Shown here: one piece after another, positions 27,872 through 36,516 of the stretch
Layout of the letters: each line of letters opens with the position of its first letter
Numbering within the stretch: position 1 is the first letter of the stretch
Assembly: GCA_007117735.1 (NCBI GenBank)
Contig: SKGA01000030.1
Coordinates: 1 to 45,121 of the forward strand
Source: Candidatus Woesearchaeota archaeon
GTDB lineage: Archaea; Nanobdellota; Nanobdellia; Woesearchaeales; SKGA01
Direction: 5' to 3'
DNA length: 45,121 bases
Program-made: the position numbers and the translations under genes
The notes under the pieces: generated by a model
What the model was told of the DNA's origin: nothing
The model's input: the letters and a program-made list of their open reading frames with translations, nothing else
Database searches by the model: none

Positions 27872-28695
27872 TGTTCTTCACCATCTTTCTGAGATTTTTC
27901 TTCTTTTTCAGAAGGTTTTTCTTCAGAGGACTTTTTTGATTCTGATTTCTTTGTTGATGTTTTTTTGGAAGTTTTCTTAGAGGAAGATTTTTTAGAAGAA
28001 GTCTTCTTTTTGGAAGCTTTTTCTTCTCGTTCTTTTACTTCAGCTTCTAAGGATTCGTCCTTTACTTCTGAAACTTCAACTGCAGCAGCTTCTCGTTCTC
28101 GTTTATCAAAAGAGATCTGATCTGGAAGTTTTGTTGAAGCAGGCATGATTCGAACTTGAATACCAACAACGCCGGTTTTTAGAGTAACAAAGTCTTTTGC
28201 AGTGTCAACACCAGTAATTGCTAAGTCTCCACATTTCTTCATGTAACCATCAGCGAATCGCCATGTTTTTGCTCGACTTGAAGGAATTTTACCTGAGATA
28301 AGAATCTCAACACCTAAAGCTCCTGAACGCATAATGCCTTCAATTGATTTATGGCCAATTCCTTTGAATCGTTGCGTACCAAATCGATCAAGTTGATTTA
28401 CGATACTTTCTGCAACAACACGAGCATCAGAGTTATAATCTTTAATTTCTTCAATTTCAATTTGAGGATTTTCAAGATCGAACTGAGCTTTTAAGTCAGC
28501 AGTTAATTTTTGAATAGTAGAACCACCACGACCAACAACAAGACCAGGTCTTGAAGCAACAACAACAATTCTGTCACCAACGCTTGTTCGTTGTAGTTTT
28601 ACATCACTTAAACCTACTCGGGAGAGAGATTCTTTGATGTATTCTTTGATACGGAATTCTTTAAAGTTTTGAGCAACAAATTTTCGTTCAATCAT
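27868..28695 (-). CDS. rps3: 30S ribosomal protein uS3 with K/S/E-rich tail
   Basis: RPGLVVGRGG (KH domain), GVEILISGK, GYMKKCG. Confidence 0.96.
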   Translation of the reverse strand: MIERKFVAQNFKEFRIKEYIKESLSRVGLSDVKLQRTSVGDRIVVVASRPGLVVGRGGSTIQKLTADLKAQFDLENPQIEIEEIKDYNSDARVVAESIVNQLDRFGTQRFKGIGHKSIEGIMRSGALGVEILISGKIPSSRAKTWRFADGYMKKCGDLAITGVDTAKDFVTLKTGVVGIQVRIMPASTKLPDQISFDKREREAAAVEVSEVKDESLEAEVKEREEKASKKKTSSKKSSSKKTSKKTSTKKSESKKSSEEKPSEKEEKSQKDGEEQ

Positions 28696-29150
28696 TGTGC
28701 AACACCTTTTTTGACTTCTTGTTCTTGAACAACAACTTCGATGTGTGTTCGTTTCATTGCTCTTCTTCGCTGCCGTCCTTGATGGAACGGTGTTGATGCT
28801 TTATGAGCACAAAGATGAACAATTTTTAGATCATCGCCTAAACCTTGGTGAGCAGCGTTAGCAGAAGCAGAAAGAATAATTTCTTTGATTGCCTTTGCAG
28901 CTTTCACAGGGAAACGACCAGCAGCAAAATTACCTTTTCGGTGACCAACACCATCAGTAAATCTTGTGTATGCGATCGGAACTTTCAAAGCAATAACGTT
29001 GTCTAAATAAGCAACAGCTTTCTCAACAGATAAACCTCGAAGAGCTTTACAAACATTGATAGAAGCTTTTGTAGAGATACCTAAATCTCGACCGTATGCT
29101 TTAGCACAATCTGAGCCAAATTTTTGAAATGCATAGTTTGTTTTTGTCAT
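28692..29150 (-). CDS. rpl22: 50S ribosomal protein uL22
   Basis: GHRKG, GRFPVKAA, THIEVVV. Confidence 0.95.
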   Translation of the reverse strand: MTKTNYAFQKFGSDCAKAYGRDLGISTKASINVCKALRGLSVEKAVAYLDNVIALKVPIAYTRFTDGVGHRKGNFAAGRFPVKAAKAIKEIILSASANAAHQGLGDDLKIVHLCAHKASTPFHQGRQRRRAMKRTHIEVVVQEQEVKKGVAQ

Positions 29151-29160
29151 TTTTTAGCCT

Positions 29161-29523
29161 CTATCGTTTTGGTTTGTTGGTAACCCCTACACTGGTGTGC
29201 GTTGCTTTTCTTCGAGTAAGCGCATATTCACCAAAGTAATGACCAATCATTTCTTCTTTGAGAAGTATTGCTTGAAAACCTTTACCAGTATGAATTTGAA
29301 CTGTTTTTCCAACCATAGATGGAAGTACAATCATGTCTCGTAAGTGAGTTTTCACGTTGTTCTTTTTGTTAATTTTCTCGATAAGTTTTTTATGCGTATC
29401 TGAAAATCCTCGCTTGATTGTTCGTCGTTGACGAGCTGGAAAAATTTCAGCTAACTCTGATAAAGAGAGTTGCTTTAATTCATCAAGCGTCTTGGAGTTA
29501 AATTTGAATTCTTTTAATGCCAT
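29161..29523 (-). CDS. rps19: 30S ribosomal protein uS19
   Basis: ARQRRTIKRG, KTHLRDMIVLPSMVG, GHYFGEYALTR. Confidence 0.96.
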   Translation of the reverse strand: MALKEFKFNSKTLDELKQLSLSELAEIFPARQRRTIKRGFSDTHKKLIEKINKKNNVKTHLRDMIVLPSMVGKTVQIHTGKGFQAILLKEEMIGHYFGEYALTRRKATHTSVGVTNKPKR

Positions 29524-29536
29524 ACATATCACCTAT

Positions 29537-30241
29537 TTAACGACCACGACCTGTTTTTCGTGCTCTTACAGCTCCTACTTTTCTACCAGGAGGTGCGTTC
29601 TTTGGTGCAGGTTTAGCTTTTGATTTACGTAACGTACGTTTGTTCCCAAACGGGTGCGCTACAGCATTCATTGCACTTGCAGAGACAACTGGCCAATATT
29701 TGTTTCGTGCTTTTGCAGCATAAAACTTGTTACCAGCTTTCAAGAACGGTTTATCAACTCGTCCGCCACCTGCAACAACACCGATCATTGCTTTACAATT
29801 AGGATGAAATTTTTTCTGTTTCTTTGAAGGTAGTTGTAAGACAACACCGTCTTTTGCTTTACTCACTACTCGTGCTGAAGCACCGCTTGAACGAACAAGT
29901 TTACCGCCGTCATTAGGCCGTAACTCGATGTTACAAACAATTACTCCTTCAGGAATAGATTTTAGAGGTAGAACATTGCCGTTTTTTAGTTCAGCTTCGT
30001 CACCGAAAAAAACTTGATCGCCAACCATTAAACCTTCTGAAGCGATGGAATAACCGATTTCTCCATCATCATAATATAATTGAGCTAGAGGTGCACTATG
30101 ACCTCTACAGTGAACTAAATCCATAACTAAAGCATTCTCTTTATGAGGTAAGATTTTTGCTTCGCCTTTAAATTTGAATGAAGGACTTCGGAACGTTTGT
30201 GAACCTTTCCCTCGTTTTTGTGTTGTAATTGGTTTACCCAT
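29537..30241 (-). CDS. rpl2: 50S ribosomal protein uL2
   Basis: GGKLVRSSG, GGGRVDKPFLKAG, AMNAVAHPFG. Confidence 0.97.
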   Translation of the reverse strand: MGKPITTQKRGKGSQTFRSPSFKFKGEAKILPHKENALVMDLVHCRGHSAPLAQLYYDDGEIGYSIASEGLMVGDQVFFGDEAELKNGNVLPLKSIPEGVIVCNIELRPNDGGKLVRSSGASARVVSKAKDGVVLQLPSKKQKKFHPNCKAMIGVVAGGGRVDKPFLKAGNKFYAAKARNKYWPVVSASAMNAVAHPFGNKRTLRKSKAKPAPKNAPPGRKVGAVRARKTGRGR

Positions 30242-30252
30242 AGATCATCACC

Positions 30253-30501
30253 TTACATTAATTCGAGCTTTGTTGCTAAATCAACTGCAGGTGTATCTTC
30301 TGCAAGAGTTACATAAGCTCGTTTTTTTCCATCAGGACCGATTAAAGTATTAACGGAAACTATTTTTATATCGAATAAAGACATTAATTCATCTTTAATC
30401 ATGCTCTTTGTTGCTTTCTTATCAACTAAAAATAATAATTTATTTTCAGATTCCATAAGACGAATTGCTTTTTCTGTTGCTAGAGGAGCTTTGATAATCA
30501 T
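30253..30501 (-). CDS. rpl23: 50S ribosomal protein uL23
   Basis: TEKAIRLMESENKLLFLV, GKKRAYVTL. Confidence 0.95.
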   Translation of the reverse strand: MIIKAPLATEKAIRLMESENKLLFLVDKKATKSMIKDELMSLFDIKIVSVNTLIGPDGKKRAYVTLAEDTPAVDLATKLELM

Positions 30502-31319
30502 TGTGCGCCACCTTCAGTGAATAATTTTCTTTGCGAAAGAACATCAAGTGCTCCGTCAGTAAATAATGTTAATCTACCTTCATGTGTACCAGGTGCTAGT
30601 AACTCAGCGTTTAAGCTTGTTACTGGGATAACATCTGCTCCTTGAATGTTTGCTGCTGCTTTTAGTAAAGGACAGTCTTTTGAAACAACAAATAAGAAAG
30701 ATTTCTTTGTAATTGTTTTTCGACCTCGTCGTTTCCCAACACCAGCTCGGATTGTTGTAGTAGATGCTCTAACAAGTTCATCTTCGAAACCTAACGTTTT
30801 CAATGCAAGAACAACATCTTTTGTTTTTGCAATATCTTCAAAGGTAGTATCTAATATGAAAGGGAAGCCTTTTGGAACTTTATGTCCTCGTTGTGCTACA
30901 AGATCAGCAGACATTGTTGCTGCAAGAGCAGAACGAATAGCTTTTCGCTTTTCTTTCACATTGATTTTTTGATCCCAAGATTTTTCTGCTTTTGGAGGGT
31001 GAGCTCGTCGACCACCAACCGTTTGCGGAGCAAATGCGCCAACAAAGTAAAATCGGGTACCTCGTCGATTTAATACTTTTCGAGGAGTTCTACTCTGACC
31101 GATACCGTATGTACCTCGGTATGCACGTCGTCGTTTTGAAAGGTAAGCAGAGTATTGTTTACCTGCTTCTGGACTCGCACCATATCGTTGACGTCTTGCA
31201 GCTTGAAGTGCAAGTACTGCTCGTTTGATTAAATCTTTTCGAACAGGTTCAGAAAACTGATCTGGAAGCGTGATTGTTTTTGTTTCGCTATTTTTTTGAT
31301 CAACTACTTTTAATTTCAT
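30498..31319 (-). CDS. rpl4: 50S ribosomal protein uL4
   Basis: VGGRRAHPPK, RAGVGKRRGR, LLAPGTHEGRLTLF. Confidence 0.96.
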   Translation of the reverse strand: MKLKVVDQKNSETKTITLPDQFSEPVRKDLIKRAVLALQAARRQRYGASPEAGKQYSAYLSKRRRAYRGTYGIGQSRTPRKVLNRRGTRFYFVGAFAPQTVGGRRAHPPKAEKSWDQKINVKEKRKAIRSALAATMSADLVAQRGHKVPKGFPFILDTTFEDIAKTKDVVLALKTLGFEDELVRASTTTIRAGVGKRRGRKTITKKSFLFVVSKDCPLLKAAANIQGADVIPVTSLNAELLAPGTHEGRLTLFTDGALDVLSQRKLFTEGGAQ

Positions 31320-31328
31320 ACCAATCAC

Positions 31329-32312
31329 CTAGTTTCCTTGTTTAGAATCTTTACTAATGAATTCAACAGCAGGTAAAGATTTCTTTGCATGAGCTCGGAA
31401 TGGAGCTGTAAATGTAATAAGTCGTTTCTTTGCACCTTGTAATGAACCTCGAACAAGTAAGCATGGTTGTTTTACTTCACCGTAGGTGATGAAACCGCCA
31501 GCAGGATTTACTTCTTCAGGTTGTACAATTGCAAGTACTTGATTATTATACTGTGTTCGTTGATGGTAACCCATTTGACCAGAGAATGCAACTCGGTACA
31601 TGCTATGACCTTGAGCAATCCAACCACCTAAAGAACCGGGACCTCGAATAGTCTTTTCGGATTTGTGACTTCGAAGATTAACTCCGAATCGTTTTACCGG
31701 ACCTTGATTACCTTTTCCTTTAGTTACTGCTCGTGAATCAAGCATATCGCCTGGTTGAATAATATCTTGAACAGAAATTTCTTTTTGCGCAAGTGTTTTT
31801 GCTAACTGTGCTTGTTCTTGAACAGAACCGCTGAGAGGAAGTTCGAAAACTTCTGGAGTTTTTTTACCAACACCTGCGTGGTGAGGTTGCGTATACACTT
31901 GTACAGTAATATGAGTGATGTTGTCTAAAGGAACTTTTTCAATATCGTCAACAGAACCTACTGCTGCTTTTGGAACTGCCTTTCGAGCAAATTCTTTTCC
32001 TGTTTTTAAGAACACTTCTTGTTCAACAACGGATCCATACCCTTTTGAAGCATAGAATCGAACTGCTGAAACTTTTAGAGGAGGGCATTCAACTACTGTT
32101 ACAGGAATGCTAATTTTTTCTCCTTTTGTTGGAGAAGTTTTGCTAGTGTCAGTTGCTACTACATGAGTCATACCCGCTTTATAACCTGCAAAGCCAAGGA
32201 GTTTGCTTTCTTTTAAGATTGGCGTGTTTCTTACTCGAGCATACTGTCTACTTGCACGTACTCGAGGCCAAAATTGCATACTTCCATGACGTGGATTTTT
32301 TCTTTTTGCCAT
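31329..32312 (-). CDS. rpl3: 50S ribosomal protein uL3
   Basis: PRHGSMQFWPR, GYKAGMTH, KGKGNQGPVKRFG, GQMGYHQRT. Confidence 0.97.
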   Translation of the reverse strand: MAKRKNPRHGSMQFWPRVRASRQYARVRNTPILKESKLLGFAGYKAGMTHVVATDTSKTSPTKGEKISIPVTVVECPPLKVSAVRFYASKGYGSVVEQEVFLKTGKEFARKAVPKAAVGSVDDIEKVPLDNITHITVQVYTQPHHAGVGKKTPEVFELPLSGSVQEQAQLAKTLAQKEISVQDIIQPGDMLDSRAVTKGKGNQGPVKRFGVNLRSHKSEKTIRGPGSLGGWIAQGHSMYRVAFSGQMGYHQRTQYNNQVLAIVQPEEVNPAGGFITYGEVKQPCLLVRGSLQGAKKRLITFTAPFRAHAKKSLPAVEFISKDSKQGN

Positions 32313-32550
32313 ATGTATTACACTTCTTTATTTTGAATAACTATTAGCCAAAAAATAAGATTCTAAGAACAGTACGAGAACAAAATATTGTATACGGTAC
32401 TGAAAAAAGATTTATTTTCAGGCCATCATATCATAAGCGTGACGTTATGAGTAAGGATAAGAAACCAAGAATTCTTTATAAAGGTTTTGTTTCTTAGATG
32501 GCTTATTTTCCTTAAAAAAAGAAAAAAACGCTTTTTTTCTGAAAAGAAGG

Positions 32551-34131
32551 TTATTTTTCCTTTTTTTCTCCTTTTTGAGACTTTTTAGAAGATTTTTTTC
32601 TTGGTTTTTTTCGTGAAGCAAGTTGAGATTTTCGCTTGGCATACATCGCAGGATTCTTAATTCGAGAACAAAAACCATCAGGTTTGCACACTAACAAAGA
32701 AGTATAATAATCATGATTATCACAATTAGGCGGCGGCATAGGCTTCTTTCCTTTTTTTAGTTGAGCAAGCTGGCCCTTCAAATACTGCTCTTTAAGAGGC
32801 TCAGGATTACGTTCATTCCACTCATAGATAAACGATTCAATCGCAGGATAGGTCCATCCACTCACCGATAAGAAATTTAACAAGACAAATAACGCTCGTT
32901 TCTTCCCATCATCCAGCCCTTTGAGAATTAACTGCATGCAAGGAGGAAAATACTGCTCTTCAATAGCATGCTCAGGAAGCTCAACTTCTTTTAACTCGTG
33001 AGAAGCAGAACGATCATCAAGATAAATATGACCTGCCTTGGCAAGATCGCCACCCAATACTTCTTGTAATAAAAACTCTGTTTCCTGGGCGGATGCATGA
33101 GAACGATCTAAAAACGAAGAAGAAACAACAGCAGAAAAAGGTTTTGCTCGGTCTTTATCAAAGGTTAAGACCTCATCAAGACCGATAGGAAGAGAAATTA
33201 AGCCAGATTTTTCGTGAAGAGAATACGGCATGCGATATAAATGACGACTCGCAAGCAAGACCGTATCAATTTCTATTACTGCCAATAAATTAAGAAAAGA
33301 ACGAGGAGGTTTTTTACTTCCACAAAACGAACAAGAAGGAGAAGAAGTTTTTACCTGTACAGGATGAGTGCATTTTTCACAACGAATATACTCAGGATTA
33401 CCTTGGGGACGAGACTGATGACCACAATTATCGCACTCATAGACTTTCTTTTGAGCAAAAGGTTGTTTATACTCTTTAGCACAATCAACGCACTGACGAG
33501 CAAATAACGTCTTACCAGATTTTTTTGCAACCTTCTCAAGATCTTGATGAGAGAATACCTTATCAAGAATAGAAATAGTTGTATCTGCTATTTTAACGTA
33601 ATGAGAAGTGATATAGCTAAGGAGATAGAGAGCGATACGTTTTGGAAGCTCAGGAAAAAGAGTTCTTGTTTCTTTCATACTCCCATCAAAAAAGATTTTT
33701 TCAGGAAACGCTTGGAAAGGAACGCCAATATGAAAACCTTTATTCCCAGAAAATTTTACAGAAACACTTTTTACCTGATGATCCTCTAAGGCTTTAATGA
33801 AAAGATGAGTAATGAGTTTAGAAACCTCCCAATCAGGACAATCAACATCAAGTAACAAATCCCAACCTTTACGTAACTCATCAAGCTCGTGACGCTTCAT
33901 ACCAGAAGCAATAGAAAGAGGATTATGCCACAACTCCTCAGAACAATGAAAAGAAGAAGCCTTCTTTTTTGCAAATTCAAAAACATCTTGTTCATAGGAA
34001 AGAACATCAGGACGTTTTGAAAAATGAGACTTGTTAAAAATAACACTAATCTCTTTATCCTGAGCTTGGGCAACAATTTCTTTTCTCACATCAAGCCGTT
34101 TGTAATAAGAAAGAGAGGTTGCAATAAACAT
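32551..34131 (-). CDS. Fused archaeo-eukaryotic primase (PriS catalytic domain + PriL C-terminal Fe-S domain) with a multi-CxxC insertion
   Basis: PriS motifs DLLLDVD, SGNKGFHI and ID...RHLYRMPYSLH; PriL-CTD FPPCM...PPNC...C....C. Start set at 34131 from TATA spacing. Confidence 0.88.
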   Translation of the reverse strand: MFIATSLSYYKRLDVRKEIVAQAQDKEISVIFNKSHFSKRPDVLSYEQDVFEFAKKKASSFHCSEELWHNPLSIASGMKRHELDELRKGWDLLLDVDCPDWEVSKLITHLFIKALEDHQVKSVSVKFSGNKGFHIGVPFQAFPEKIFFDGSMKETRTLFPELPKRIALYLLSYITSHYVKIADTTISILDKVFSHQDLEKVAKKSGKTLFARQCVDCAKEYKQPFAQKKVYECDNCGHQSRPQGNPEYIRCEKCTHPVQVKTSSPSCSFCGSKKPPRSFLNLLAVIEIDTVLLASRHLYRMPYSLHEKSGLISLPIGLDEVLTFDKDRAKPFSAVVSSSFLDRSHASAQETEFLLQEVLGGDLAKAGHIYLDDRSASHELKEVELPEHAIEEQYFPPCMQLILKGLDDGKKRALFVLLNFLSVSGWTYPAIESFIYEWNERNPEPLKEQYLKGQLAQLKKGKKPMPPPNCDNHDYYTSLLVCKPDGFCSRIKNPAMYAKRKSQLASRKKPRKKSSKKSQKGEKKEK

Positions 34132-34170
34132 AACCAACACAAATACTTGCAAGAATAAAAAGCTACCGGA

Positions 34171-36402
34171 TTAGAGCGAGCTATGTTTCTTCAACTCTTT
34201 ATAAGATAAGTCTCGAAGACGAACAATCTCCTCAGCTTTTTTCTTACCAATATTTGGAACTTGTTGTAAGTCTTTAACAGAGGCTTTGAAAAAAGAAGCC
34301 AAGGAATCAAAATGATCAAGAATAGATTTTGCAACAACACCACCAATTTGAGGAAAACTACTTGCGATATACTCAAGCAACTCTTTATCAGAAAAAGGTT
34401 TTGCAGCATGAAAAGAAAAAGAGGAAGAAGATTCTTGCTGGGAACGCTTTGCAAGCGTGTAGAGTAATTGAGCAGATTGAAGAGGAGAAAAAGAATACAA
34501 AATAGGAATTTTATAAGAAAGAGCAATAGTGGCAAACATGCCTTGAATAGCATTTTGATCAACACGACGAGAAGAAGACTGGTTATGATCTTGATACTCA
34601 ACAAGAAGAATAGGATGAGAATATTTTGCTAATTGATGAATTTGAGCAAGTAAACGACCATCAGTAATGGAGTCAACAAAGTCTTCATACCGTTTATACT
34701 CAACACACACATCCTTACTCACAACGTAATCACCAATTTGTAAATGTTCAAGACGAAGAGAAACGCCATGATTACGTAACGCCTTCATCACAGGAGAACC
34801 TTTCTCTCGATAATCAACAACAATAGATAGTTCTTCTTGAGAAGATTCTTTTTCAGAAGTAAAGGATTGAAGAGATTTTTGAGGAGAAGAAAACTCCACC
34901 GTAGGAGATTGTTGTAAATCACGAAGGACTTGATACATTCTTTTTTCCTTATGGTGAGCAACCCAACGAAACGCCTCATCACGAGTATTTTTTGTTACAC
35001 ACACAGCAACCATACCTTTCGTATGACGACCAGTTCGACCACGACGTTGAACGGTACGAATAGCACTAGGAACAGGCTCGTAAAAAATGACTTGCTCTAC
35101 ACTAGGAATATCTAAACCCTCCTCAGCAACACTCGTTGCAATAAGACAGGTAAACTCTCCTTGACGAAACTGATCAAGGACCTCTTTTTGTTTCTTTTGA
35201 GAAAAACCAACACCATTCTTTTTTGCCTGACCAAAAAACAAGGAAGAAGAAATATTTTTTTGATCAAGAAGTTTTTTAATAGAACCAGCAGAATCTCGAA
35301 ACTGAGAAAAAATAATAATTTTTGCATCTTTATTTTTTTGAAGAATACCTTGAACTTGTTCAAAAACAGCAGCGAGTTTAGGATGTTCAACACCTTTTTC
35401 AAGCAAGTCTTTAGCCATTGCAAAAGATTGTAAAAAATCAGGATCAGAAGCAATATTCTTCACCGCTTTTACTGAAGAAGAACGAGACTGTTGAAACAAA
35501 GAAGTCGCATACATAAAAAACGCTTGCAAACTCTGCGTCTGCACTAACTCCAGAGCATGTTGTAATTTTAAAGCTTGAGCAAGAACACTCATCCCCATCA
35601 ATAATTCAGGAGAACGCTCTTCTTGAATTCTTCGTTGTAATGTTCCTTGAAGTGCAAGTAGTTGTGTTTTTGATAAAGACGTATCGGAGAAAACAATCTC
35701 TTTTTCTTTAAGCTGAGCAATACGATTCAAATACGCTTTTTCTAAAGACTTTGAAATAAATTGAATAGAGGAAGGAAGCTGAACAGAAAGCCATTGAATC
35801 TCTGTATCTTGAACATACTCCTTAACATCAGGATCAGAAGATTTTCTAAACTCAATTTTTTCAATAGTAAGATTATTCATTACTTCAAGGATAGCAGTTT
35901 TATCTGTTCCAGGAGAAGCGGTAAGCGCAAGAATTCTCTGATGAGCAGATTGTTTGACATACTCTTTTGCTAAAAAAACATACGCGTACTCCCCTGTCGC
36001 CCGATGAGCCTCATCAAAAACAAGTAAGGAAACATCCTCAAGAGAAATTCGTTGACTGAGAACATCATTCTCAATCGTCTGAGGAGTTGAAAAAATAAAA
36101 CGAGCCTCATCCCATAACTCAGCTCTTTTTTTAGGAGGAACGGTTCCTGTGAAGAGTGCAAAAGAAGAATCAGATAATAAAAAATGTTTTTTGAACGTCT
36201 CAAGTTGTTGCTGAACTAATGGTTTTGTTGGAGCAAGAAATAAAATTTTGCTTGAAGGATACAACATTGCTCGTCTTGCAGCAAGTAACATGGAAATCGC
36301 TGTTTTTCCTAAACCTGTTGGAAGGACAACTAAAGTGTTTTGAGCAGATGCGCTATTGAACAATACTGCTTGATACGGACGAGGAGTGAGGTTTGTGAGC
36401 AT
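34171..36402 (-). CDS. hef: Hef (FANCM-like SF2 helicase fused to ERCC4/XPF nuclease and HhH domains)
   Basis: PTGLGKT, DEAH, TASPG, QRRGRTGR; VDYRE, GDY, VEYK, C-terminal HhH (VPNIGKKKA). Confidence 0.93.
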   Translation of the reverse strand: MLTNLTPRPYQAVLFNSASAQNTLVVLPTGLGKTAISMLLAARRAMLYPSSKILFLAPTKPLVQQQLETFKKHFLLSDSSFALFTGTVPPKKRAELWDEARFIFSTPQTIENDVLSQRISLEDVSLLVFDEAHRATGEYAYVFLAKEYVKQSAHQRILALTASPGTDKTAILEVMNNLTIEKIEFRKSSDPDVKEYVQDTEIQWLSVQLPSSIQFISKSLEKAYLNRIAQLKEKEIVFSDTSLSKTQLLALQGTLQRRIQEERSPELLMGMSVLAQALKLQHALELVQTQSLQAFFMYATSLFQQSRSSSVKAVKNIASDPDFLQSFAMAKDLLEKGVEHPKLAAVFEQVQGILQKNKDAKIIIFSQFRDSAGSIKKLLDQKNISSSLFFGQAKKNGVGFSQKKQKEVLDQFRQGEFTCLIATSVAEEGLDIPSVEQVIFYEPVPSAIRTVQRRGRTGRHTKGMVAVCVTKNTRDEAFRWVAHHKEKRMYQVLRDLQQSPTVEFSSPQKSLQSFTSEKESSQEELSIVVDYREKGSPVMKALRNHGVSLRLEHLQIGDYVVSKDVCVEYKRYEDFVDSITDGRLLAQIHQLAKYSHPILLVEYQDHNQSSSRRVDQNAIQGMFATIALSYKIPILYSFSPLQSAQLLYTLAKRSQQESSSSFSFHAAKPFSDKELLEYIASSFPQIGGVVAKSILDHFDSLASFFKASVKDLQQVPNIGKKKAEEIVRLRDLSYKELKKHSSL

Positions 36403-36516
36403 AGTATTGAAAGATAAGCACAATCTCTTTTATAAAGATAGGGCTTGGCTGTCCAGTGAACTCTCGTTAAGTATATAAATTCAGAAAGAATTGAAAAAGT
36501 ACTTTCCACGATCTGG

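Noticed and set aside
27900..28030. Low-complexity repeats as a DNA repeat element
   Set aside because: They encode the K/S-rich tail of uS3 and have no exact periodic unit.
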